Below are positions 47,578 through 56,555 of a stretch of DNA of 64,000 nucleotides, piece by piece. The DNA comes from a bacterium. GTDB lineage: Bacteria > Patescibacteriota > Minisyncoccia > 2-02-FULL-40-12 > IGHO2-01-FULL-4-A. Below the pieces are notes generated by a model. The model had not been told where the DNA came from and did no database searches. It was given only the letters and a program-made list of their open reading frames with translations. The position numbers and the translations under genes were made by a program. How positions within the stretch are numbered: position 1 is the stretch's first letter; each line of letters starts with the position of its first letter. The DNA lies in assembly GCA_030698885.1 (NCBI GenBank), contig JAUYLN010000020.1, positions 7,346-71,345 of the forward strand, given 5' to 3'.

Positions 47578-47937
47578 TTAATTTCAAATCCCCGCACCTT
47601 TCAACGGCGCGGGTTTTTAATTGCCGTGAGATAACATTCTCACATTCTTAAGAATGTGAGAACGAAAGATTCTTTTATCTTTAATTTGCGTGTCTGCCCG
47701 CCTCTGGAGGGAATAGGCGAATAAAGTAAGTTGTGGCTAGGGATAGCCTATAACTAACTTGTTTAGTTAAATTCGAGGTTCCGATAAATCATATAAAATA
47801 ATTCTAACTATATAACATAACAACACAGCAAAAGACATCCTTAAAAACTTGAGAATTTAAGGATGTCTTTTGCTGTGTTTAGGGGCGCTAGGGACGAGAG
47901 ACCTTGGATAAGTATATAATTTAGCAAGTAAATTATA

Positions 47938-48588
47938 TTAGATGCGTTCGGCGATTATGATGAGACGCTGTTTAGATGTGAAAAGAGGGGAGCAGGTGAT
48001 TAAGGTGAGCCGGGGTGAGTCGGTGGGATTTAGAACGGAAAGGTCGGTAGGTTCAACGACTTTGCTTTCTATGACCCGGTATCGGTAAGTTGCTCCCTGC
48101 CATGAAAGCTCAAACTCTTCGCCCACCGTCAGTTTGTCCAGATTATAAAAAGTATTGCCGATTGGGGGTAGGAATTTAAAGCGATGGCCGAAAATGACAG
48201 TATTGCCTCCCTTGTCGGGAGTTGAAGTATGCGGGAACATCCATCCGCCCTTGGCGAGGGTTCTGACGCTATCGCTTAAGAATATGGGCATATTAATTCC
48301 AATTTGAGGTATAGAGAGGCGATTATTAATATTCTTAAGTTCATAGTCCGGCACTGGAGTGGCCGTGTTTGACGCGGGAGTCGGAGCTATTTCTTGGCCG
48401 GGTACTACGAACTGGTCGTTTATGGTTATGGCAGAGTTTATCTCCTGTTCTGAAAGCGTATCCAAAAAAGCATAGTCATCCAAAAAGCCAAACGAAAGCA
48501 GGGGAATACCGATTCCAAGCAGAGACAAGGTTATTAGCACGAACCCCAGTTTTTTATATATTTTATGTTGGTCTGTATTTTTAGGCAC
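47938..48588 (-). CDS. Sortase
   Basis: N-terminal TM, GNTVIFGHR, LTLITC, downstream Arg. Confidence 0.92.
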   Translation of the reverse strand: MPKNTDQHKIYKKLGFVLITLSLLGIGIPLLSFGFLDDYAFLDTLSEQEINSAITINDQFVVPGQEIAPTPASNTATPVPDYELKNINNRLSIPQIGINMPIFLSDSVRTLAKGGWMFPHTSTPDKGGNTVIFGHRFKFLPPIGNTFYNLDKLTVGEEFELSWQGATYRYRVIESKVVEPTDLSVLNPTDSPRLTLITCSPLFTSKQRLIIIAERI

Positions 48589-48594
48589 TTATTA

Positions 48595-48717
48595 GAGTAT
48601 TAAGTAGTAAGTATAAAGTATAAGAACGTAAAAACTAAATCTATTATAACAAATAAAGAGCGCATTGCGCTCTTTATTTGTTGAACCTGTTCCTTAATAC
48701 TTAACCCTTACTACTTA
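48595..48717. repeat. ORF-less TAAGTAT/ATACTTA inverted heptamer element enclosing a terminator hairpin (48648-48682)
   Basis: taagtag taagtat aaagtat ... ccttaatac ttaaccc ttactac tta. Confidence 0.7.
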
Positions 48718-49962
48718 TTTATTCAGCCACACATTTGCCTTCTTTGGCATAAGCTCGTAGCCGAACATTAATGAGAGCAAGCCGGTCATAAAGAATGAAA
48801 TCATAAGCGATAAGAATATTCTGTCAAAACCGGTTAATGATACATCCGGAAGCTGGTCCATCTCGCCAAGTACAGCCGGGGTCGGAGTTGCTGGCGGGGT
48901 TGCTGTTGGGGTGGGAGATACGGTTTCAGCTCCAAGGACTGCCGAAGAGTTGGTTGTCGGGAAGAATCCGCCTCCACCTCCACCGCCTCCACCACCTCCA
49001 TTGGGCGTCGGGGTTGGGGTAGGAGTTGCAGATGGGGTAGGGGTTGGAGTGGGAGATGTCTGTGTGTTATTTAAACCAAAGTGTGCATTTATGGTTTGAT
49101 GGCTTGTTACGGTAAAAGTACAAACCGGATTTGTAGGATCGCTGACGCAGGGGCCAGAAGTCCAAGAGCCATCAAAGTTGGATCCTTCGTCAGGAGTGGC
49201 GTTCAAAGTAACTTCTGTTCCTTCTTCATATGTCTCTGAACAGTCGCTTTCCTCTGAATTGCTGTCGCAATTTATTAATTCATCTTCGTCATTAATAACG
49301 CCATCACCATCTCCGCTAGTTGTAATATCTACTGTGTAAGTTGGCGTCGGGGTTGGGGTAGGGGTATCACTTGGAGTTGGTGATGGAGTCGGAGTGTCAG
49401 AAGGAGTAGGGCTTGGGGTCGGTGTGTCTGAGGGGCTGGGGGTAGGAGTCGGTGTATTACTTGGGGCTGGCGTCGGGGTTGGTGTCGGGTCTACATCAAC
49501 GCAGATAGTTACAGAAGAAACTGCGTCTGCCTGATTGTCCTGTCCTGGTACTGTTTGATGATAAATACGAGCTGTAATAGTAAAAGGACCATCCGTAAGA
49601 TAGGTGTGAGTTGCACCGAAAGAACGTGTTTCTGTTCCGTGGTCTGGGTTTTGATTTAAACTAAATGTACTTGCCTCAGTTTGGTCATTAGTATTGCCAT
49701 CTCCCCAATCTATTTGTACGTGATATTGGCCAAGTTGACCCTGGGGGGCTGTTGCAGTTGCCGTTCCCGAGACTGTTACTTCACCACCGATGTTGCAATC
49801 GTCACCGCTAATAGGACTAGTGATATTAACTGAAGTTGCCGCAAATACACTAAACGGTATGGCCTGCAATGTCATGGACATTACGAATGTTAATATGAAA
49901 AAACTGGCCAAAAACTTTGGCCTACGACCTGTTGAGAAAAATCCTATATTGCTATTTTTCAT
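48715..49962 (-). CDS. Surface protein: PKD-like domain, Pro/Thr linkers, C-terminal sorting-like signal
   Basis: IDWGDG, PTPTP repeats, LPDVSLTG followed by TM and basic tail. Confidence 0.8.
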   Translation of the reverse strand: MKNSNIGFFSTGRRPKFLASFFILTFVMSMTLQAIPFSVFAATSVNITSPISGDDCNIGGEVTVSGTATATAPQGQLGQYHVQIDWGDGNTNDQTEASTFSLNQNPDHGTETRSFGATHTYLTDGPFTITARIYHQTVPGQDNQADAVSSVTICVDVDPTPTPTPAPSNTPTPTPSPSDTPTPSPTPSDTPTPSPTPSDTPTPTPTPTYTVDITTSGDGDGVINDEDELINCDSNSEESDCSETYEEGTEVTLNATPDEGSNFDGSWTSGPCVSDPTNPVCTFTVTSHQTINAHFGLNNTQTSPTPTPTPSATPTPTPTPNGGGGGGGGGGGFFPTTNSSAVLGAETVSPTPTATPPATPTPAVLGEMDQLPDVSLTGFDRIFLSLMISFFMTGLLSLMFGYELMPKKANVWLNK

Positions 49963-50226
49963 GAATTTTCGCCCTTTTCTTGCCTTTTTGGCCCGAAACA
50001 GGGGAAGTTATTTAAAGTTATTATTATTTTAACAGAATATAATCATATTGTCAAATTAATGCGCCCGGATACGTATTTGACAGTTTCTTCATTAAATCAT
50101 CACGGTGACGGTATCATATAACGCCTATATACTTTGGTTTAGTATAAAACCACTTTATTCCATCATGATGACTAATCATTAATAATAGATGAAGATTATC
50201 CACGGAGCAACAAGGTTTATCAAGGT

Positions 50227-50254
50227 TTGACTTTCTTCATGAAGAGTGTATATT
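50227..50254 (+). promoter_or_regulatory. Promoter containing the palindromic operator TCTTCATGAAGA
   Basis: TTGACT-16-TATATT with the palindrome in the spacer; second copy at 52859-52870. Confidence 0.5.
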
Positions 50255-50348
50255 TCTATGATTCCCTCAACTTTTAAAAACCAATATTAATTGGCTCATT
50301 TAGCAACAAAGAGTTAGCTGAAGGGCATTATGTTGGAGAAAAATACAA

Positions 50349-52799
50349 ATGAATAAGTACATTGCGGTTTGTCTGCTTGCGGGCGTGTTGGTTTTGGGTG
50401 GTATAAGTTTGGCTTATGGCGAGTCTTCACCAACCTTAACTACAGATAAAGATGATTATTTGATAGGAGAGACTGCCACTATCTCCGGCCTGTCATTTAA
50501 CCCATCAGAGAATTTTAATATTAAAGTATATGGGGGAAGCGATGCTGATGGAACTTACACCGAAACAAATGATGTCGTTGCAAGCGATGAAAATGGCAAA
50601 TTTATTTATTCATATACTCTTGATTTAGTTTACAGGCCCTTATATGTGGTTGCGGTCAGTGATTTAAATGGTGTTGAATTGGCAAGAACCACATTCACTG
50701 ATGCACCACCCGCAGTAAGCCTTGAACAATGTAGAAATGGAGCGGTGGGGACACCTAATAATTGTGAAGATCTAGGCGGTGGAAGCGGCTGGGTTTCCGG
50801 TAATGTTGGAGCCTCGCAGGGGCATTACTTAGAAGGACACTCCATTCCATATAGGGCAGTTTTAACAAACCTTCCGGTTAATACGCCAATAACTCTAACT
50901 CTGGGATATGATATAAAACATAGCGGTGCTCATGCTATAGACTATTTGACTCATTTTGATCGTCTTGATCCACATACCCAGTTCAGTCATTCTGCCGAAA
51001 GTGTAAATCCGACTGATGGTGTTTCGGGATTTTCTGCAACCACAACGACCTTTACTGTTCTGGCGCCTGATACTATAAATTCTCCGGTTTTTGGGCAACC
51101 AGCTACAAGCTTCAATGCATTACTTGCTGGCGAGAGGGTTATGACATTATTTGGAGGAACTATTTCTGGCATCTCGTATGATACTGATGGTGATTTAACT
51201 GCTGCACAATCTGAAACTAGGATTACCGTTACATTTAGTGTTGATGATTCTACTGCAGTTCTCGCATGGGGTGGCCATATAGCTACCCAAGAAGATTGGG
51301 GCGTTGGTCAATCTGCAGGAGGAATTAGCGGTTCTCCTTACCATATGCGTTTAATTGACTGGAATTTAAATAATCTCGGCAACACAGATCGCTCTCTTTC
51401 TGCGGCAGTAATTCTTGTTCCCCAACAGGCCACACTTACTCTTTTGAAGGATGTAGTTAATGACAATGGCGGAACAGCTTTGGATACTGCCTGGACTCTT
51501 TCCGCAAACGGTCCTACTCCGGTTTCCGGAGTTGAAGGCGATGTAGCAGTTACAGATGCTTTAGTTGATGCCGGAGAATATACTCTTTCAGAATCAAGCG
51601 GCCCTTCAGGTTATACTGCTTCTTCATATAGTTGTGTTGTGAATGGCGAAAATCCCGTTGTCGGTAATTCATTAACTCTTGCTCCTGAAGATGTCGCAGT
51701 TTGTACTATCACCAATGATGACGATGCCCCTTCCCTTACTTTGGTAAAGGAAGTTGTTAATGATAACGGTGGAACCGCAGTGGCAGGCGACTGGACACTT
51801 ACTGCGACCGGCTACGATTCAGTTTCTCCTGATGCAGGCACTTATGACCTTTCAGAATCAGGCCCTGACAATTACACTCAGACCTCTTTGACCTGCGATA
51901 ATGCCGAAGGACAGGTTACTTCAGTAACTCTCGGTCTTGGTGAGGATGTCACCTGCACATTTGTAAATGATGATCAGCCTGCTAAGTTGACTATAATAAA
52001 AGATTCAGATCCGAATGATACCCAGGATTTCAATTTCTCGGGTACATTAGGCGCATTCGTATTGGATAATGATGAAGGAGTGCAGGATGTAGAGGATAGT
52101 GCCACTCCAGACAGAAAGACATTTGATGACTTATCAGCAAACCAAGTTTATACCGTAACCGAAGGACCGCAGCCAAGCACATATTGGACATTTGTCGGGG
52201 TTAGCTGTGTGGATACAAATACTCAAGAAGTATATCCGGCAACCGTTGATGGCCAGAGCATATCAGTTGAGCTTGTTTTAGATGGAGACGTTACCTGCAC
52301 ATTCGTAAATCATAAAGACAGCCCATCCAGAACTCTTGGTTTCTGGAAGACACATACTGAATATACGACCAGTATATTTGAGAATCAGCTGGGGAGCAGC
52401 ATAACCTTGGGTGATGGAGGAGAGCACCAGGATGTGATTGCTTCACCGTCCGCATTATTCGGTGCGTGGTATTCAAACGTTTCACAGAAATCAATTGGTA
52501 AAGGCAAGAATGCACGAAGATCCACGGTTGACCAGGCCAGAATGCAGTTGGCATGGCAGTGGTTGGCGGCAAAACTAAACTGTGCGGCATTCGGATGCCC
52601 AAGTGATGTGCAGACGTTGCTTAGTGATGCCAGCACGGTTTACGCAGTAGGTGATGTAGGCGCAATGCTTAACTATGCCGGTCAGCTTGATATCTTTAAT
52701 AATGCCAGCGACTCAATCGTTATAGATGGTGATGTTGGCAAGGCAACTCCGAAATTATCACAGACTCTCGCAGATCTTCTGTTCTGGGACACACCATAA
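50349..52799 (+). CDS. Large secreted protein with prealbumin/SpaA-like Ig repeats
   Basis: Signal peptide, repeated TLxKxVVNDNGGTA...CTxxN units, TLGFWKTH motif. Confidence 0.8.
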   Translation: MNKYIAVCLLAGVLVLGGISLAYGESSPTLTTDKDDYLIGETATISGLSFNPSENFNIKVYGGSDADGTYTETNDVVASDENGKFIYSYTLDLVYRPLYVVAVSDLNGVELARTTFTDAPPAVSLEQCRNGAVGTPNNCEDLGGGSGWVSGNVGASQGHYLEGHSIPYRAVLTNLPVNTPITLTLGYDIKHSGAHAIDYLTHFDRLDPHTQFSHSAESVNPTDGVSGFSATTTTFTVLAPDTINSPVFGQPATSFNALLAGERVMTLFGGTISGISYDTDGDLTAAQSETRITVTFSVDDSTAVLAWGGHIATQEDWGVGQSAGGISGSPYHMRLIDWNLNNLGNTDRSLSAAVILVPQQATLTLLKDVVNDNGGTALDTAWTLSANGPTPVSGVEGDVAVTDALVDAGEYTLSESSGPSGYTASSYSCVVNGENPVVGNSLTLAPEDVAVCTITNDDDAPSLTLVKEVVNDNGGTAVAGDWTLTATGYDSVSPDAGTYDLSESGPDNYTQTSLTCDNAEGQVTSVTLGLGEDVTCTFVNDDQPAKLTIIKDSDPNDTQDFNFSGTLGAFVLDNDEGVQDVEDSATPDRKTFDDLSANQVYTVTEGPQPSTYWTFVGVSCVDTNTQEVYPATVDGQSISVELVLDGDVTCTFVNHKDSPSRTLGFWKTHTEYTTSIFENQLGSSITLGDGGEHQDVIASPSALFGAWYSNVSQKSIGKGKNARRSTVDQARMQLAWQWLAAKLNCAAFGCPSDVQTLLSDASTVYAVGDVGAMLNYAGQLDIFNNASDSIVIDGDVGKATPKLSQTLADLLFWDTP

Positions 52800-52813
52800 T
52801 CTTGTTACTCTAG

Positions 52814-52853
52814 ATCACCAAAAACCGCCCCGAGACGGGCGGTTTTTGGTGAT
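52814..52853 (+). terminator. Intrinsic terminator
   Basis: atcaccaaaaaccgccc-cgagac-gggcggtttttggtgat. Confidence 0.75.
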
Positions 52854-53034
52854 GAAACTCTTCATGAAGATTCCATAAACTTGAGATTAAATAAAGCTTA
52901 GCATATAATAACATAATTAATTTTGGCCCGCAAAACAGTGATAGGACAGCATACTTGCCAAAAATAACAAATTGTGATATTATATATACAGTAAAAAGGC
53001 TTAATGCCTTTTTGCGTTAAAAGCGCTATTATCA

Positions 53035-53197
53035 GAACTTGTCCAAAAACCCTCTTTCGTCGCGAAATTGCAGAATTTTGAGCGAGACACTCCGGCGGAA
53101 AACGAAGCATATCCTTTGATATGGTGAGTTTGAGCCGTTGGGTGTCGCAGCCGAAATTCTGCAATTGCAGCAGAATACGGGGTTTTTGGACAAGTTC
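53035..53197. repeat. 163-bp nested palindromic element immediately upstream of pilB
   Basis: gaacttgtccaaaaaccc/gggtttttggacaagttc, inner aattgcagaattt/aaattctgcaatt, gacac/gtgtc, catatc/gatatg. Confidence 0.75.
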
Positions 53198-53207
53198 AAG
53201 GCCTTTT

Positions 53208-54425
53208 ATGACCAAAACTAAGTCAGAAAAAGAAATAAAAAAGGGGGCAGAAATATCAGTTATCACACTGGTGGACTCTTTGATTGAAGATGCCCACCAG
53301 GTAAATGCTTCCGATATTCATATTGATGCCGGCGAAAAATCGGCCAGGGTCAGGTTCAGGGTTGATGGCGTTTTACAGGATATGTTTGAATTGCCATTGG
53401 GCCTGATGCCTGAAATTATTTCCAGAATAAAAATATTGACCAACCTAAGAACTGATGAGCACAAGGTTCCGCAGGACGGTCGTTTCAGGCTAGTCATTGA
53501 AAAAATCGGACCGGTTGATGTCAGGGTGGCCATTACCCCGACTTATCACGGTGAAAGCGCCGTTTTGCGTTTATTGTCTTCCGACCAGTCCGGCCAATAT
53601 AGTCTTGAGTCTTTGGGTTTTGAAGAGCATGACAGAGAAAAAATATTGAAAGCCGTTCAGAATCCTTACGGAATGATTTTGGTTACCGGACCGACCGGCT
53701 CAGGTAAAACAACCACTCTTTATACGATATTAAAAATTTTAAATACAAATGATGTTTCAATCATTACGATTGAAGACCCGATTGAATATGCCATTGATAA
53801 TATAAAGCAGGTTCCGGTCAGTGCCAGAACCGGTCTAACCTTTGCCAGCGGTCTGCGCTCCATGTTGAGGCAGGACCCGGACATTATCATGGTGGGTGAG
53901 ATTAGGGATGAGGACACTGCCGGCCTTGCGGTCAATACCGCTTTGACCGGTCACCTTTTACTTTCAACATTGCATACAAATGATGCGGCTACGACTTTGC
54001 CCAGATTGTTAGACATGAAGATAGAGCCATATTTGGCTTCGTCCACTGTTAACGTTGCCATCGGCCAGAGATTGGTCAGAAGGATCTGCGAAGGCTGTAA
54101 GGTTCAGAAAAATATTACCGAAACTGAGTACGAGAGCCTTGTAGAGGTTTTGGGTAAAAACATAGTCGGATCAAGTAAAAAGTTTTATAAAGGTTCAGGT
54201 TGCGATAAATGCAATCTGACCGGTTATCGCGGAAGATTAGTAATAGACGAAGTTATGGTCATTGATGACGAGATAAGGGAGGCTATCTTAAAAAAAGGTT
54301 CTTCAAGCGATATAAAAAATATTGCAATAAAGAATGGCATGACCACGATGATAGAAGACGGAATTAGAAAAGCCGCGAAAGGAATGACGACGATACAGGA
54401 AGTGCTGAGAGTGATACATGAATAA
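53208..54425 (+). CDS. pilB: Type IV pilus/T2SS assembly ATPase (PilB/GspE family), short N-terminus
   Basis: ASDIH, PQDGR, GPTGSGKTTTLY, EDPIEY, LRQDPD, STLHTND, tetra-Cys motif. Confidence 0.92.
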   Translation: MTKTKSEKEIKKGAEISVITLVDSLIEDAHQVNASDIHIDAGEKSARVRFRVDGVLQDMFELPLGLMPEIISRIKILTNLRTDEHKVPQDGRFRLVIEKIGPVDVRVAITPTYHGESAVLRLLSSDQSGQYSLESLGFEEHDREKILKAVQNPYGMILVTGPTGSGKTTTLYTILKILNTNDVSIITIEDPIEYAIDNIKQVPVSARTGLTFASGLRSMLRQDPDIIMVGEIRDEDTAGLAVNTALTGHLLLSTLHTNDAATTLPRLLDMKIEPYLASSTVNVAIGQRLVRRICEGCKVQKNITETEYESLVEVLGKNIVGSSKKFYKGSGCDKCNLTGYRGRLVIDEVMVIDDEIREAILKKGSSSDIKNIAIKNGMTTMIEDGIRKAAKGMTTIQEVLRVIHE

Positions 54426-54428
54426 TTC

Positions 54429-54461
54429 TAAGTATTAAGGAATAAGTAGTAAGTATTAAGC
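54429..54461 (+). repeat. TAAGTAT heptamer left arm (33 nt before ATG), copy 1
   Basis: taagtat taaggaa taagtag taagtat taagc ATG. Confidence 0.9.
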
Positions 54462-54842
54462 ATGGATACAAAAACAAAAATTGAAAGCTTTACCGATTTA
54501 AAGGCATGGAAAGAAGGGCATAGGCTTGTCCTGGACGTTTATAAGATTAGCAGGGAGTTTCCCAGAGAAGAGATGTTCGGCTTGGCCAATCAATTAAGGC
54601 GTGCAGTCGTATCAATCACATCAAACTTGGCCGAAGGATTTAGTAGAACATCCTATAAGGACAAGATAAAGTTTTATTCTATATCATTAGGGTCTTTAAC
54701 TGAAGTGCAAAACCAGTTATTGATATCCCGAGACATTAATTATTTGAACAAAGAAAAATTTGATATTTTAGCACAACAAACAATTTTGGTAAGTAAGTTG
54801 GTTAATGGTTTAATTAAAAAATTAAAAACCCTTAATACTTAA
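54462..54842 (+). CDS. Four helix bundle protein (TIGR02436 / 23S rRNA-IVP family, Avd-like fold)
   Basis: FTDLKAWK, FPREEMFGLANQLRRAVVSITSNLAEG, SLGSLTEVQNQL, LVNGLI. Confidence 0.92.
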   Translation: MDTKTKIESFTDLKAWKEGHRLVLDVYKISREFPREEMFGLANQLRRAVVSITSNLAEGFSRTSYKDKIKFYSISLGSLTEVQNQLLISRDINYLNKEKFDILAQQTILVSKLVNGLIKKLKTLNT

Positions 54843-54860
54843 TACTTGCTACTTAATACT
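54829..54860 (-). repeat. Inverted heptamer right arm overlapping the four-helix-bundle stop
   Basis: ccc ttaatac ttaatac ttgctac ttaatac t. Confidence 0.85.
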
Positions 54861-54867
54861 ATTCGTC

Positions 54868-55989
54868 ATGAGCTTCATTAAATCAAACAACCCAACATTT
54901 AATAAGGAAATTTCATTTAGCTTGCCTAAGTGGATGCCTTTCGGCAGATTGTCGGTCAAAGACCAGGCGGTTTTTGCCAAGAGATTATCGTTTTTGATAA
55001 AGGCCGGCGTGCCGATATTGGACGGCATCAGGATGTTAAACAAGCAGACTAAGTCCGGTTCCAAAAAGAGGATATTGGAGCAGGTTTTAAGCGACGTTTC
55101 ACAGGGCCAGCTTTTGTCCGCCAGCTTTGCCAAATCCCAGAAAGTATTCGGCGAATTCGGCATTAGCATGATAAAAGTCGGTGAAGAGGGCGGTATTTTG
55201 GATGAAAACCTGAGCTATCTTGCCGAAGAGTTGAGAAAGAGCCATCGCTTGAGGAAAAAGATAAAAGGCGCGTTGGCCTATCCGGCTTTTGTTACTTTTG
55301 CTACTATCGGCATAACCGGTTTTATAACCGCTTTTATATTCCCTAAAATTTTGCCTATTTTTGCTAATTTTGGAGCCGAACTTCCGGTAACAACCAAGGC
55401 CCTCATAATTATAAGCACATTTCTTCTTCATTATGGCCTAGCGCTTTTAGCTGGCCTTTTTGTCTTATCTATTTTTCTATACGGAGTGTATCTTAAGGCG
55501 GGGCCATTCAGGATGACTGTGGACAGAGGCGTTCTCTCTTTGCCGATATTCGGCAAAATGATTAAAGATTACCAGATGGCAAGTTTTTGCCGAACTTTTG
55601 GGCTGCTTCTAAAGAGCCAGCTGGATGTTGTTAAGGCAACTCAGATTACAGCTCACACGCTTTCAAATCATGTTTATCAAAGAGAAATTAAGGCCCTCTC
55701 GGTTAACATTACAAAGGGTAAAAATATCGCTGAGTACATAAGCCAGAATCCTTATTTGTTTCCGGAAATGGTTTTACAGACCTTATCGGTCGGCGAATCA
55801 ACCGGTCATTTAAGCGACAGCTTGCTTTATCTTTCCGATTATTACGAGAACGAAGTTGAAGAAACAACCAGGAATTTATCAAGCACTCTTGAGCCGGCCC
55901 TGATGGTAGTCATGGGTGTCGTGGTTGGATTCGTGGCTTTAGCTGTTATCACTCCGATTTATCAGATAACTCAAAATATTCATCCGTAA
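54868..55989 (+). CDS. pilC: Type IV pilus/T2SS inner-membrane platform protein (PilC/GspF)
   Basis: KAGVPI, VGEEGG, ALAYP, VGESTG, LEPALM. Confidence 0.93.
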   Translation: MSFIKSNNPTFNKEISFSLPKWMPFGRLSVKDQAVFAKRLSFLIKAGVPILDGIRMLNKQTKSGSKKRILEQVLSDVSQGQLLSASFAKSQKVFGEFGISMIKVGEEGGILDENLSYLAEELRKSHRLRKKIKGALAYPAFVTFATIGITGFITAFIFPKILPIFANFGAELPVTTKALIIISTFLLHYGLALLAGLFVLSIFLYGVYLKAGPFRMTVDRGVLSLPIFGKMIKDYQMASFCRTFGLLLKSQLDVVKATQITAHTLSNHVYQREIKALSVNITKGKNIAEYISQNPYLFPEMVLQTLSVGESTGHLSDSLLYLSDYYENEVEETTRNLSSTLEPALMVVMGVVVGFVALAVITPIYQITQNIHP

Positions 55990-55990
55990 C

Positions 55991-56062
55991 TAAGTATTAA
56001 GGGATAAATAGTAAGTATTAAGCATGAATACAAAAACAAAAAACAATCAGTGGGGGTTCACT
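55991..56062 (+). repeat. Heptamer arm plus pilin leader direct repeat, copy 2
   Basis: 33 nt then ATG AAT ACA AAA ACA AAA AAC AAT CAG TGG GGG TTC. Confidence 0.9.
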
Positions 56063-56485
56063 GCCGTAGAGGTTTTAATGGTTATTGGAATTTTTTCGCT
56101 TCTGGCCGGCCTGGGTCTTTTTATCAGTATGGATTTCTACAGAAGTTATTCTTTCAGGTCTGACAGGGATATGACCATCAGTATTCTGGAAAGAGCCAGA
56201 GCTCAGTCTTTGGCCAATATTAATGAATCGGCCCACGGTGTTCGCTTTGATTCCGGTTCATCCAAGTTAATATTATTTCAGGGTAATTCATATGATGACA
56301 GAGACACCTCGCTTGACCAGGAAATATCTTTAAATTCAGGCATAGCAGTAACCGGCATAAATGAGGTTGTGTTTGAACAACTGACGGGTAATGCAGTATA
56401 TTCTGGAGCCGGAAATATGATTTTAAGCTACGGAGCCCAAACCGCGACGATATCATTTAATGGAGAGGGGAGGATAAATTACTAG
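56024..56485 (+). CDS. Type IV prepilin-like protein (FimT/GspH-like)
   Basis: GF|TAVE motif, hydrophobic helix, ARAQS, FEQLTG, NGEGRI. Confidence 0.88.
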   Translation: MNTKTKNNQWGFTAVEVLMVIGIFSLLAGLGLFISMDFYRSYSFRSDRDMTISILERARAQSLANINESAHGVRFDSGSSKLILFQGNSYDDRDTSLDQEISLNSGIAVTGINEVVFEQLTGNAVYSGAGNMILSYGAQTATISFNGEGRINY

Positions 56486-56555
56486 CAAGTATTAAGGGAT
56501 AAGTAGTAAGTATTAAGCATGAATACAAAAATAAAAAACAATCAGAGGGGGTTCA
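56486..56555 (+). repeat. Heptamer arm plus pilin leader direct repeat, copy 3
   Basis: Same 33-nt spacing to ATG 56519. Confidence 0.9.

Noticed and set aside
9023-47662. Loopless perfect palindromes (9023-9052, 12610-12635, 42082-42113, 45918-45944, 47637-47662) as one family
   Set aside because: No shared sequence; consistent with independent terminators or hairpins
48880-49490. GGGGTT/GGAGT tandem repeats
   Set aside because: They encode ordinary Pro/Thr and Gly linkers of the surface protein
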